DNA of 52,985 nt from positions 28,746 through 81,730 of the forward strand of contig NIVC01001851.1 in assembly GCA_002269645.1 (NCBI GenBank), in the 5' to 3' direction. The notes under the pieces were generated by a model. That model worked only from the letters and a program-made list of their open reading frames with translations. It did no database searches and was not told where the DNA came from. A program made the translations under genes and the position numbers. Origin of the DNA: Macrostomum lignano (Eukaryota). Below are positions 1 through 10,220 of this stretch, in pieces (position 1 is the first letter of the stretch; the number at the start of each line of letters is the position of its first letter).

Positions 1-43
1 GAGATTTCAAGGCTAAAGTCAGAAGCTACATGTAGTTTATTGA

Positions 44-236
44 AAACTTTTTATTACATTATTTGTTGGCTCTCAGGGCTCGCTGATAGAAAAAAAGCAT
101 AATGTAAAAAATAAAAGAAGCTTCATGTCGAAGTTAAAACTTTTTATTACATTATTTGTTGCCTCCTCAGGGGAGGGATCGCTGATAAAAAAAGCGTAAT
201 GTAAAAAATAAAAAGAAGCTTCATGTCGTAGTTAAA
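44..236. repeat. Tandem duplication of a ~92-bp unit, each unit with an internal inverted repeat
   Basis: aaaactttttattacattatttgtt...ataatgtaaaaaataaaagaagcttcatgtcg occurs at 44 and 136; ttacattat/ataatgtaa are reverse complements within each unit. Confidence 0.8.
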
Positions 237-341
237 GATTCATTTGGGAATCCCTACGATGTCGAGGCTTGCAGGGAATCGCTATAATGCTTTTGTAGTG
301 CTATAATGACTCTTAGAGAGAATTACTGAAATTTCAATGCT

Positions 342-435
342 TTAGGGTTAGGGTTAGGATTAGGGTTAGGATTAGGGTTAGGGTTAGGGTTAGGGTTAGG
401 GTTAGGGTTAGGGTTAGGGTTAGGGTTAGGGTTAG
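342..435 (+). repeat. Interstitial telomeric (TTAGGG)n tract, ~15 units
   Basis: Near-perfect TTAGGG run with two TTAGGA variants and unique sequence on both sides. Confidence 0.95.
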
Positions 436-728
436 AAGTTTGACAGGAGATTTTTCAAGATTTCAAGGCTACATGTAGCTTATTAAAAAAACGTGTGTTG
501 CATTTCTTTGGCTCCCTAACGGGGGGCGTAGATTGCTAGTTGATCAACTAAAACGCTGTACATTAGTCGCTTGCCTCTTACACAGCAACCCAAGTTGCGC
601 AACACAAAATTCAACTCAAGCCACTCTATTTCAACAACTCTCCGTCTAGTCTGACTGTCGCTTCAAAATTGATGAGTCATCACACCAGTCAGGTTATTAA
701 CTATTTTATTATTTTCCATCACATGAGC

Positions 729-1119
729 CAGGGGTCGGCAAACTCCGGCCCGCAGGCCACATATGCGGCCTGCAAGGCTCTTCATCCGGCCCTCGCGGTC
801 CTTTGAAACTGCACAATAGCGATCCGGCCCGCTCGTTGTTTGTCTCTTCTCAGCGCCTCTCTCTTCTCTCTCCTCTTCTTCTCTCCTCTCTCCTCTCCTC
901 TCTCTTTCCTACTCTCCCTCTCTCTCTTTTTTCCTCCTCCTAGCCAAATTTATCTCTCCTCTCCTCTCTCCTCATTGCTCCTTTATTCTCTCGCCTCTCC
1001 CTTCTCCTATCTCGCTTCTTTCTTTTTTATTCCCTCTAATCTCCTCCTTCCTCCGGACCGCAGTCATGCTCTAGGTTCTTTATCTGGCCCTTGGGGTAAA
1101 AAGTTTGCCGACGACCCTG
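729..1119. mobile_element. hAT (Charlie/MER58-like) MITE, copy A, containing an expanded CT-rich tract
   Basis: Ends are CAGGGGTCGGCAAACT and AGTTTGCCGACGACCCTG; internal sequence matches the copy at 47176-47389; no clear TSD. Confidence 0.75.
841..1050. repeat. Degenerate (CT)n/polypyrimidine microsatellite
   Basis: Almost pure C/T sequence inside the MITE. Confidence 0.9.
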
Positions 1120-1973
1120 ACAGCGAAAGGAGCAATCGTGAAAAAACAGCGCCTGTTGGTTGCCGCTGGTACCCCAGGTAAACAAAGTGCAAGGAAATCC
1201 TGCTCTAAATACGACCTTCGGCACCCTGCCAATCGAAATACCAGGAAAAAGTACGCTAGGTTTTTCGTTAGCTCGCGCCAGTTATATCAATAAGAGCACT
1301 GGCCTTTGTACTGATGTGATCCTTATTACCAGTCCTTTGATAATCAAGGAACAATCACTTCTAGCTCTGTAGCTAGGCAACCAGTTATCAGACAAAGGTA
1401 CTTCTTACCTTGACTTGCTTTTTCTACGGAGTGCGCCTTAGTTCCTCTGCTGCTTCTGGTCCTGGTTCCTTTGTATTTCCGCTTGTCGTTACTTCCGGTC
1501 GGTATCTGCAGTCAGGACAATCAGAGGCTTCGTATCAACAATGGGTACCCTGCGCCTAATAGCGGTATCAGTTAAGCCTTCTTCTTCTAGCAGTGCCTCG
1601 ATGCACTCTAGGTAATGCTCCGGATATCTCTAGTAGCTCCTCTAAGATCTACTAGGGTTGTCCTTCGGGCGACTACTGCCAAGGGAGTCTAAACAGACTC
1701 AAGAGTCTCCACAGACTCAAATAGACTCAAGACACAATAGACTTGAGCGAGACGTCTCAACAACAACTGGTGCAAATAAGAAAGGCTTACCGCAACACTT
1801 GACCAAGTCTTTCGTTCGACTGGTGAATCAGGGAGTCTTCCTAAAGACACCCTCTTCGGAGCTTCTCCTATCGTCTGGAGTTGGCTCCGTGCCGCGTTGG
1901 GCCTCTTTATTTATAGACTTCTTCACCATGACTCACTTGTTGCGCTACAAGGTGAAATATGATATATTGCGTT

Positions 1974-2124
1974 TATAAATAGTAACATGACTCATTCTGT
2001 TACTATAAATAGTAACATGAATCATTCCGCTGCTATAAATAGCAGCATGAATCATTCTGTCGCCATGAATAGCCACATGATTCACCCACTATAAATAGGA
2101 ACATGATTCATACACTATAAATAG
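1974..2124 (+). repeat. Six-copy 26-30-bp tandem repeat carrying TATAAATAG and a TGA(C/A/T)TCA motif
   Basis: Units start at about 1974, 2004, 2034, 2064, 2090 and 2116. Confidence 0.85.
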
Positions 2125-2429
2125 CAACTTACATCATTTTCAGATTTAAGCACGCATGCATGCACTAATCTACTTACAGTAGTTTCTATGGTTTCTACTT
2201 TTTACTTTTAACGGGAGGCAGAACACTCTACAGTACTCTGATACAGACTGTACACTGGTATTGAATTCAAAGCACAAAATAGTTTTTTTAAACGTGTTGA
2301 AAATATGTACGATTTTGGGCTCAGCTGGAGATATGTGCGCTCAGTATTGCTCGCGCAACAAATTGGAAATCTTGCGTTACCCTCCTCTAAACCCCAGCCC
2401 ACTCATTCTCCTCAGTATATGTCAGTTGA

Positions 2430-2577
2430 TTGAAGTGTGAACGCTTGCGATCACTCGTAAAAGTCAGTTGATAGCGTGAAAAACTGATGTGATTGTCAAA
2501 GATTCGTTAATTATCAACTGAAATTTTTTGTGATCACTCGAAAATTGGCCTCATTTGATGGTGGTGTGAATGGGCCT
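2430..2577. mobile_element. PIF/Harbinger-like MITE right end, same family as 4929-5042
   Basis: Ends in ...cctcatttgatggtggtgtgaatgggcct followed by TTA; resembles the end at 5010-5042. Confidence 0.5.
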
Positions 2578-3980
2578 TTACTGCAGTGTAATTCAAGTTA
2601 ACAATAAGATTGGCACCTTATTTCTCTAGTATTTGATGGGTTCGGCCTTTTTAAGCCTATAGCTTCGGGCCTCAGAACTCAGAAATGATCACTGGGAGCT
2701 CTGGCCTCTCACTCCTGTCAGATGGTCAGCCCCATGGTAGCTAGATTGTGGGCGAGCAGCAAGGTCCTATAGCTAGGAGAAGACAGCGAGAGACAAGCAG
2801 GGAGAATTTGAAAGGTAGAAATTAGCTAACCCGCGGGTCAACTAACTCGCTGCCACCAGTCCGTGCGCCCCGGCTCAACAAACCGGAGCTATCGAAATCG
2901 GACTTCCGACTAGAGGGGCACTGCACTTACCTGCCATCTAGTGTCTTTTAGCTGTCTAAATCTCGAAGTCATAGCCGAATAGAAGGGACGCTGCTGGGAC
3001 TAAGATCGCATTGGCCATGCAGGGACAGAGAGGACTTCTGCAGGGGGTTCTTGCGCTGGCGAGCCTCTATACACTACTACATGTACTATTTCATTACCAA
3101 ATTCCCAGAAGTACATGTAAAAGTACACGCAACTGCACGCTTTTGGCACTAAATGTGTTAACACGTCGACAGATAGCGATGATGTAGATGCATTGTCACT
3201 TTCGGAGATATTTAGACTAATATTTAACTTACTTTAGCCGCTTAACTGCCTGTGACCGCGCGAAAGCGCCAGTCTGGCACTTAATTCGCATGCTTAACAT
3301 AATGATTTCTTAGATCGACTCATTGACTGGGAACTGTGCCGCTTCCGGTCCACCGTGACCTCTGCCTCTAGATCTAGCCACTCATCTCAGCTGGCATTGC
3401 GAAAAAGAAAGAAAACGCTAAGTCTTTAACTTCCAGATTTAACTCTCTCACTTAATCCGCAATCCTAAACACTTTAGATTGAGTTAGAGCGAATGGCTAC
3501 TTTTAATATTAACTGACACTTCTGCCTCGCGATTGGCACACAAAAACAAGTAAGCAAAAGTGCAAATCCTATCAGACTACCTAGGAAGGGGTCAGTCAAA
3601 GGGTGCACCCAGTTAAGCAGGTCAAGAAAGCCTCTCACCAAACCAATCAGAGGACCTATCTGCCGGTGGCCAAGGAATCCACAGAGACCGAAGTGCCCAT
3701 ATGGGATGCTGTTGCCGATCTTGACTGACGATTGCCGCCGCTGCTCTTTGCTTGCCGAAAGTCGTTGCTGCTCTTAGATCACTGCCGGGAGATATTGATG
3801 ATGCTTCTCAGGGGGACCTTAGCTGTTAAAGCCGAAACTGCCGGGGAAAGGGGATCAGGCAGGACCAGAAGAGGACGTCCCGGAGCAGGGCAAACTCTCC
3901 AAACCTCCAAAGGCGCTAAAAGCGTAAAACACCGGGGGAGGGAGGAAGGAGGATTCTCCTCGAGCGCGGGTCGAGTTGCC

Positions 3981-4125
3981 GCCTTTTATAGCTCTCACGC
4001 GGCCGATTAGTTATAACGCACGCCGAATTTTCCGATTGGCTGAGAGCTTTTGTTAAAATAGGCGCCGAATTTTCTGATTGGCTGAGCCGGAGGCAGTCAG
4101 GTCGACTCTGATTGGCTGGGCTCAA
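3981..4125 (-). promoter_or_regulatory. Putative Pol II promoter: three CCAAT boxes followed by a TATA box, pointing left
   Basis: gattggct at ~4033, ~4076 and ~4110 (AGCCAATC on the minus strand); CTATAAAAGG on the minus strand at 3982-3991. Confidence 0.55.
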
Positions 4126-4171
4126 GACCCCAAAACCCACCCCACCAGGTGGCCTTCGGACCCCGGGGAGT

Positions 4172-4365
4172 TGACAGGTGCGGTCATAAATCATGAACAA
4201 AACGCAATAAAAGCCCCTTGTCTAGACATTTTGGCGCCAAAAGTGACAGCAAAACGCCCATAAATCAAAGGAGAAAGTAACAGAGTGAGTGGGGAGAAAG
4301 CTGGAAGGACCTCTTTGACCCAGACAGGCTGGCGCCAAAAGTGACAGCTAGACGGCCATAAATCA
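4172..4365. promoter_or_regulatory. Three composite TGACAG + CATAAATCA (TGATTTATG) motifs; putative TALE/Pbx-Hox enhancer
   Basis: TGACAG at 4172, 4244 and 4342, each followed after 7, 9 and 9 nt by CATAAATCA. Confidence 0.45.
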
Positions 4366-4928
4366 CGGGAAACAGTGAGAAATCCACAAATCAGGGGGGT
4401 TAGAAAACACTTCTCCCAGACTTAGTGTCGCCTGTCTAGACTGTTGGAGGTCAATCCGTCTCGAACCCAGACAGTCTGACCTTCAAAGGTGCGTACACAA
4501 TCCAAAATTAGGATCCTAAGCGAAGTACATTAAGTTCCTAGGAAAATTAATAGTAAAGGCATAAATTAGTATAGAACTTAGACCAGATGAGAGAATGGAG
4601 AGAAATCCCTAAGCTAGCCTACTGACAGTAAAGGAAAAGCGTATCGAAGCAAAATGTGCGGTTCCAAGATTGAAAAAGGTGCGTCCTCATCATATTAAAT
4701 CGTCGAGTCCCGACAGCGACAGGCACAGCTGCTTAACCTTCTATACTATTAGTACCATACCATAGCCGCCATCGCTAAGTAAATGTACCAAAATGGCTGC
4801 AATAACTTGGAGGCGATCTTCACTACCAAACTCTTCAAAACGTCAGTCATCATCATCGGGCGTCAGGCGAGGCACCTGAATTCAGGCTACAATCTTTAGC
4901 AGGCACTGTGACATTAATTGTAGCCTAA

Positions 4929-5042
4929 AGGCTCATTCACAATGCCAACCAAATCACACGACCAAAAAGATTGAATTTGATGTACACAAGTTGTGAGATC
5001 GCACGAACTTTGACCTCATTTAATGGCGTTGTGAACAGGCCT
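4929..5042. mobile_element. PIF/Harbinger-like MITE, 114 bp
   Basis: Imperfect TIRs aggctcattcacaatgcca / tggcgttgtgaacaggcct; flanks TAA and TCA. Confidence 0.55.
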
Positions 5043-5267
5043 TCATCAGTTAAATAAAAAATAGCCATCTGAAACTGCAACTACAGAACTAGGACGAGCC
5101 TGAGTCAGCACAATCTCGTCTCACAGCTTGTCTAAAGCCAAGCCTGATAGCCTGCATGAGTCGGCTCTACGTCAAGACCCCAAGGCCCAAATTAACTACA
5201 CCTTTCCCGTTAATTTCAACAAATCTGCAATACAATTTAGACAACTCGACATTAATGTAACGATATA

Positions 5268-5356
5268 TACCGATTTTTTTCGGCAGCAATTGCGTAAGCT
5301 GAAGCCGCGTAGCGGCTGAAGCTTAGTAGAGCAATTGCTGCCGAAAAAAATCGGTA
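5268..5356. mobile_element. Small palindromic MITE-like hairpin, TA-flanked
   Basis: 26-bp perfect arms taccgatttttttcggcagcaattgc / gcaattgctgccgaaaaaaatcggta; the loop has further nested inverted repeats. Confidence 0.7.
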
Positions 5357-5381
5357 CATGTCATTATTGTACCCTTTTGAC

Positions 5382-6147
5382 TTCCCTTGTCTATGGCCCA
5401 GACATAGTGCGGATGCTGAGTATGAAATGCGATTGTTGCCGGAATGCGCTTTGAAAGGGTTGTAGAGATAATCAATCGTCTATGGCAAATTTAGTTGCTC
5501 TCTAAATGAAAGGGTTGTAGAGATAATTAATCGTTTATGGCAAATTTAAAGGACAGTGAAGACAGCTAGCCTGGCTGCCATGAGTTAATTCTCAAGTTGA
5601 TTTTGAGCTTGAATTAATTCTCCTATTCGGAGTGCAAATAGGAAAAGTAGCTATGATTCGCTACGCAAACATTCCTGGCGGAGAAATATGTGGACTCTCC
5701 ACGGACGAGTTGGCTTTTGTCACCCGAGAGTCGAGCACGCGCTACGTTCTGGAGATGGACAACCTGGATGCGTCGTCCAGTTCCAACGGGCTGCCTGAGC
5801 TAGGTAGCGAAGATCTGGAAATGTTGGACCGACTTGAGAGTGACTCAGTGCCGAAATCGACCGAGACGCAACGGAAGCTTCACGTGGCAAGGTTCCGACA
5901 GTTCCCTGTGGTGGTCAGTTCCACAACTGCACATTCAACTTTTATGGAAAGTAAAACAATTGATTCGATCGGTTTGTTCTTAAGAACTTTTTGTGACTAT
6001 GAAACACTTTCGCCGTGTTGCTATTGTTGTTCCTTGTTTTGATAGCCAAATACATTCGTCTGAAATCCGGCAACAATCGAAAAAAGCCGACAAACAATTA
6101 AATTGTTACCGCAAGTATGAATGCCGGAAACCATAGACAAAAGGGAA
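5382..6147 (+). mobile_element. Inverted-repeat-bounded element with a short coding remnant resembling the N-terminus of Crypton/DUF3504-type tyrosine-recombinase proteins
   Basis: Outer IR ttcccttgtctatgg / ccatagacaaaagggaa and inner 14-bp IR at 5430-5443 / 6066-6079. The remnant LDRLESDSVPKSTETQRKLHVARFRQF was recognised by eye only. Confidence 0.4.
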
Positions 6148-8046
6148 CAATTTTCGACTATCTATTTTAATTTCAGTTGGACTTTTGAATTGGACAAATT
6201 GAACTTCAATTTAGACATAAGATATTCCATGCCCATCTGATCACAAGCTCAAAATCTTAGAAGCCTTGTATATAAAAAACCAGTCGCCCACCCTTAATAC
6301 TCAACTCCAACACAGTGGTGCAGGCCATGTCCTCCGTATATTCTGAGTGAGAGAGCACTGACCTTGTTGTATCCATGCAGTGCTCATTCAATTATATTTT
6401 GTTTTCTGCCTATTGGTCTTCGCCCCGCCCTACGGACTATCAACCTCCAACTACTTTGTACATACAAAATACTTACTCACCAGCTACATACGTTAATTGA
6501 CAAATAATTTATAAATTCGCTTGCTCAAACCTTTCGTTTCAAACAATATACCTTGGTGTGCGAAACGCGTCGAAAAAACCACATGTCGATTTTCGGCTTT
6601 CTATTCAATTTAAATAGTTCCTTATTGAGAGCGCTTTTTCTTCTATCGTCTAAATTCAAGTTCTGGGTCAAAGCCATGGAGGTAAGAATAGAATGGAGTG
6701 CTAAACTGAGCCAGTTATTTTTGTCTCGCTCGATCTTCACTTTTAGCATCCCTTCACCCCGTTGTCAAAGTCATTGACAAAGTCGTTTTCGCCTCGTTTT
6801 TTTGTTTTCGACTTTCTCTGAAAGTAACGCCATCTAAAAGTAATATGGTGGACTAGTATGATTATGAAACGACAAAGAAAACAGAAAATATTTACATACA
6901 TGGAAATACAGAGGCAGCACTAAATTCTGTTAACAAAAACAAGAAACACATTTAAGTTATAACTGTCAGTTCTTGTAGTAACTATACTTTTTCCACTTCG
7001 GATTCGTCAAAAGTGAGTTCAAATTCGTCAGCGTATGCAAAACTATACAGCGCTCAAGGGGAAGAGAATGAGTGTCTATGGGAAATTTTTAGAGAAAGTG
7101 ACTTCGAATTTGTCTAAGTAGGTGAAATTCGTCAGTGCAAATACAGCCTGATCAGAAAAAGTGTTTGCTTTGTCCATGGTAAGAAAAGAAGCTGTCTATG
7201 ATAAATTTAAGTAAGAAAGTGAGTCAAGTTCGTCTGTGGAAAAGTAACCCAATTTCTTGAAATCTTCATTTTATGCTTTGATTGTTGTCATGCTTTGGGA
7301 ATGTACTTTTACAGTTTTTTTGCATTTTTTCTATACTGCTAATAGTTAAGCATACATACTATGCACCAATCGATGCGCAATTCAAAGATACACAAGTGTG
7401 GAAGTTATCAATTCTTAAACACTTGAAATACGGAAGTTATAGACGAAAGACTAAAAATCATGATCTCAAACTGCTTTGTGGAAAAGTGCTCATTATAATT
7501 TTTAGAATATGGAAGAAACAATTCAACGCCGTCATTTAATTCCAAACTAACTGTACTTTAAGGTACTGCGATGATTTTTTTCTCGAAAGAGCGAAACCTG
7601 ATTAAATATTTGAAAAAAGGGAAAAAAGTACCCTTTTTTAAAGAAATACACTGTTTTGATTGCTTGATCCGATTTCCAACGACAAAACAGTTACTTTCCT
7701 GCTGGTGGAAACCGTTATTAGGGTGAATTTTCAAAATTGCATACTGTGCCAAAATTAAATTGAAGCTTATTATTTATAAACATTAGAAACGGGACCACTA
7801 ATGGGTATTTTACTTTGGTTACTTACTATGGACTAAACTGGCACTGGCAGAGACAGATTTGAGAGAAACTAATCGCTCCATTTTATTTGGCTCCAGCGTT
7901 ACAAAAGCTAGCTCGTATATCGTGGTTTAACTGGCTAAGTAATCAAAAAAGCTAGATACCAATCACCAGTTTCACCATCCTAAACCTACCACGATTTTAG
8001 TCACATGCAACAGTAATGCCCTCCTTTAAAAGTTTTCAATATCTCA

Positions 8047-9969
8047 GTCGGGCTGGCGTCGACGATCAACCCGGTCTCGCAGTTCTTGTTGAAGAAGGCA
8101 AGCGTGTGGTGCTGTGTGCGATCGACTGCTTGATGGACTGGAAGGCTGAGGCTTGTTGTGGGCCCCACGACCATTTCAGTTCTTCTTGGTCAGCTCTCGA
8201 AGTGGCCTCGCTTTGTCGGCGAGGTTTGGGATGAAGCGGGCTACGAATGTGACAAGTCCGAGGAAGGACCACACCTTCGTTGAATTTTCTGGTTGCTTGA
8301 AGTTAGCCAAAGCCTCCAGCTTTTTCTCTTTCGGTTGGATTCCGGCCGCCGAGAGGCGCATTGCCTGCTGATTTCGGATGCTGAAGTAAGTCCCATGCAA
8401 AGGCGCTGGAGGCAAAGCAGGCCCAGAGGCGTTGAGAAAGTGAGCAGCTGCCGTGACTCCTCGGTGACCTCGATCTGATGGAAGACCTTGGCAACGACCA
8501 GTTCGGAGAAATAGGTGGAGCTCGTCGGTGACTTCTTCGAATGTCGGTATTGACTGTTTTTCTGGAATAACGTACTTATTTACGTCCCTCGGGTCCTACT
8601 TGATGCGAATCTCACCTGGCGAGGCCTTTGGAACGACCACAATGGTGAACTCCAAGCGCTGGGCCGGCCGTCACTCGCTCCAGGATGCCGGCTGCTAGCT
8701 GGTCCTTCACCTCCTTTTCCACGGCGGTTCGAAGATGCACCGGAACTCGAGACGGAGGGTGGCAGATTGGCACCGCTTCTTCCTTCACCTGGATGCTGAC
8801 GCCCTTGATGCAGCCGATTCCTTGAAACCTGTCGCAAAACTCCTTCATGATCGATGACAGTCGCAAGTCTTGCGGAAGGTGCAGGTCGTTGACAGTCCTG
8901 CGGTGAGAGCTGGCTCGGCCTGCGGTCCGACCCTCAGCATCCCCATCTGCGTGATTGTTTTGAGGCCTAGGATGGTGATGCAGTCCTCTCTGATGACGAT
9001 TAAGCGCACTCTCTCCGAGTTGCCGTTGATCTTCGTGTGCAGAGTGATCTGGCCAACGGTGTCAAGGGCCTCGCTGCTCCGAGAGTATAGATCCTTGTGT
9101 GTTTGAGCTGAAACGCCCGCTCGGGTGCTCCACTTAGATGAAGGGTCCGCTGGCTAAGCACATTGCAGCTCGCGCCGCTGTCGATCAGAATGGGTACGTT
9201 TGAGCCGTTGATGACCGCTTTGAAGGTGGCGCTTTTGCGGCTGGGGTCGAGGCTGGAGAATGCCGCCTCCTCCAGGTGCGCCACTGCTGGTTCCTCTGGC
9301 TCAGGCTCTGCCATGTTGATGCGTGCGCGGCCGCTTAGGCAGGCCTTCGCCAGGTGGTGCAGCTTGCCGCAGTTGCTGCAGCGCTTGCCTTGGGCCCGGT
9401 TGCAAGTGCGGTGGCCGGGCTCTCCGCACCGCAGGCATTTGTCGGCCGGGCTGCCTGGCGGGCGCCTGGCGGGGCGCTTGTCGCGAGCCGCATGCACTTC
9501 TTCAGCTGGTCCGGATGCCGAGCGCCCCATGATGGCCGCCTGCTGGCTGGCTGCTTCGTTTGTTCTCGCCAGCTGGAGGGCCTCCGGGAGGCTGATGTTG
9601 GGCAAGTTGAGCAGCCGCTTTCGGAGGGAGTCGCTGCGGCAGCAGGCGACGATCTGGTAGCAGATGAAGGACTGGCGCAGCTCTCCGAACTGGCAGGCCT
9701 CAGCCGCGTTGCACAGTCGGTTGTACCAGCTGTCGATGGCTTCCCTGGTCAGTGGCGGGACGCATCTCTGAGATCTCTTTAAAGATGTCTGCAAACTCTT
9801 TTCCCGCGATGTACAGAAGGATTTCCTGCTTCTGGGCGTCGTCCGAGATTCCTGATGCTGCCAGGAATCGCTTTAGTGTGGTGGCCCACTCTGTCCAGCG
9901 CTTGCTGACGGTGTGGGGGTCCGCACTGATGCTGAATGCGGATGGCGGCGGTAGCTGTAGTAGCGCCAT
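8047..9969 (-). mobile_element. Ty3/Gypsy (Mag/SURL-like) LTR retrotransposon gag-pol remnant, frameshifted, with internal deletions and truncated at the start of RNase H
   Basis: Gag N-terminus (RWTEWATTLKRFLAASGI), two Zn knuckles (CLRCGEPGHRTC, CSNCGKLHHLAKAC), protease LIDSGAS, RT pieces (FHQIEVTEESRQLLTFSTPLG, GLTSASEI, SFLGLVTFVARFIP) and RNase H start LIVDASP; no integrase. Confidence 0.9.
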
Positions 9970-9989
9970 TGGGTTCTTTCTTGCCACAA

Positions 9990-10220
9990 ATTTAGCGAGC
10001 AAATCTAGCTGGTTATTGCGAGTGTTATTTTATTTAGCCCCTCAAAAAGGTGGAGAAATAGAAGGTGGCTGTGTCTGTATATTTACTGTCTGGCAGAACT
10101 CAGATCTCCGGTTCATTGAGTTGGGATGTGCTCGAGCAAGGGGAAGCGGAGTGCAAACTATGTGCCCGAACTGGCTGCCTGCGCATGCTACAGTGAGTTG
10201 GCAGCAAAAAAGAAATAAAA
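9990..10220 (-). mobile_element. Possible 5' LTR of the Gypsy remnant
   Basis: Lies directly upstream of the gag ATG (9969) with a minus-strand AATAAA near 10030; no matching second LTR found. Confidence 0.25.

Noticed and set aside
342-435. True chromosome end
   Set aside because: The tract is only ~95 bp and has unique sequence on both sides.
840-1181. Leu/Ser-rich ORFs (also 48746-49355 and 43723-44118)
   Set aside because: They are translations of CT and TGTC microsatellites.
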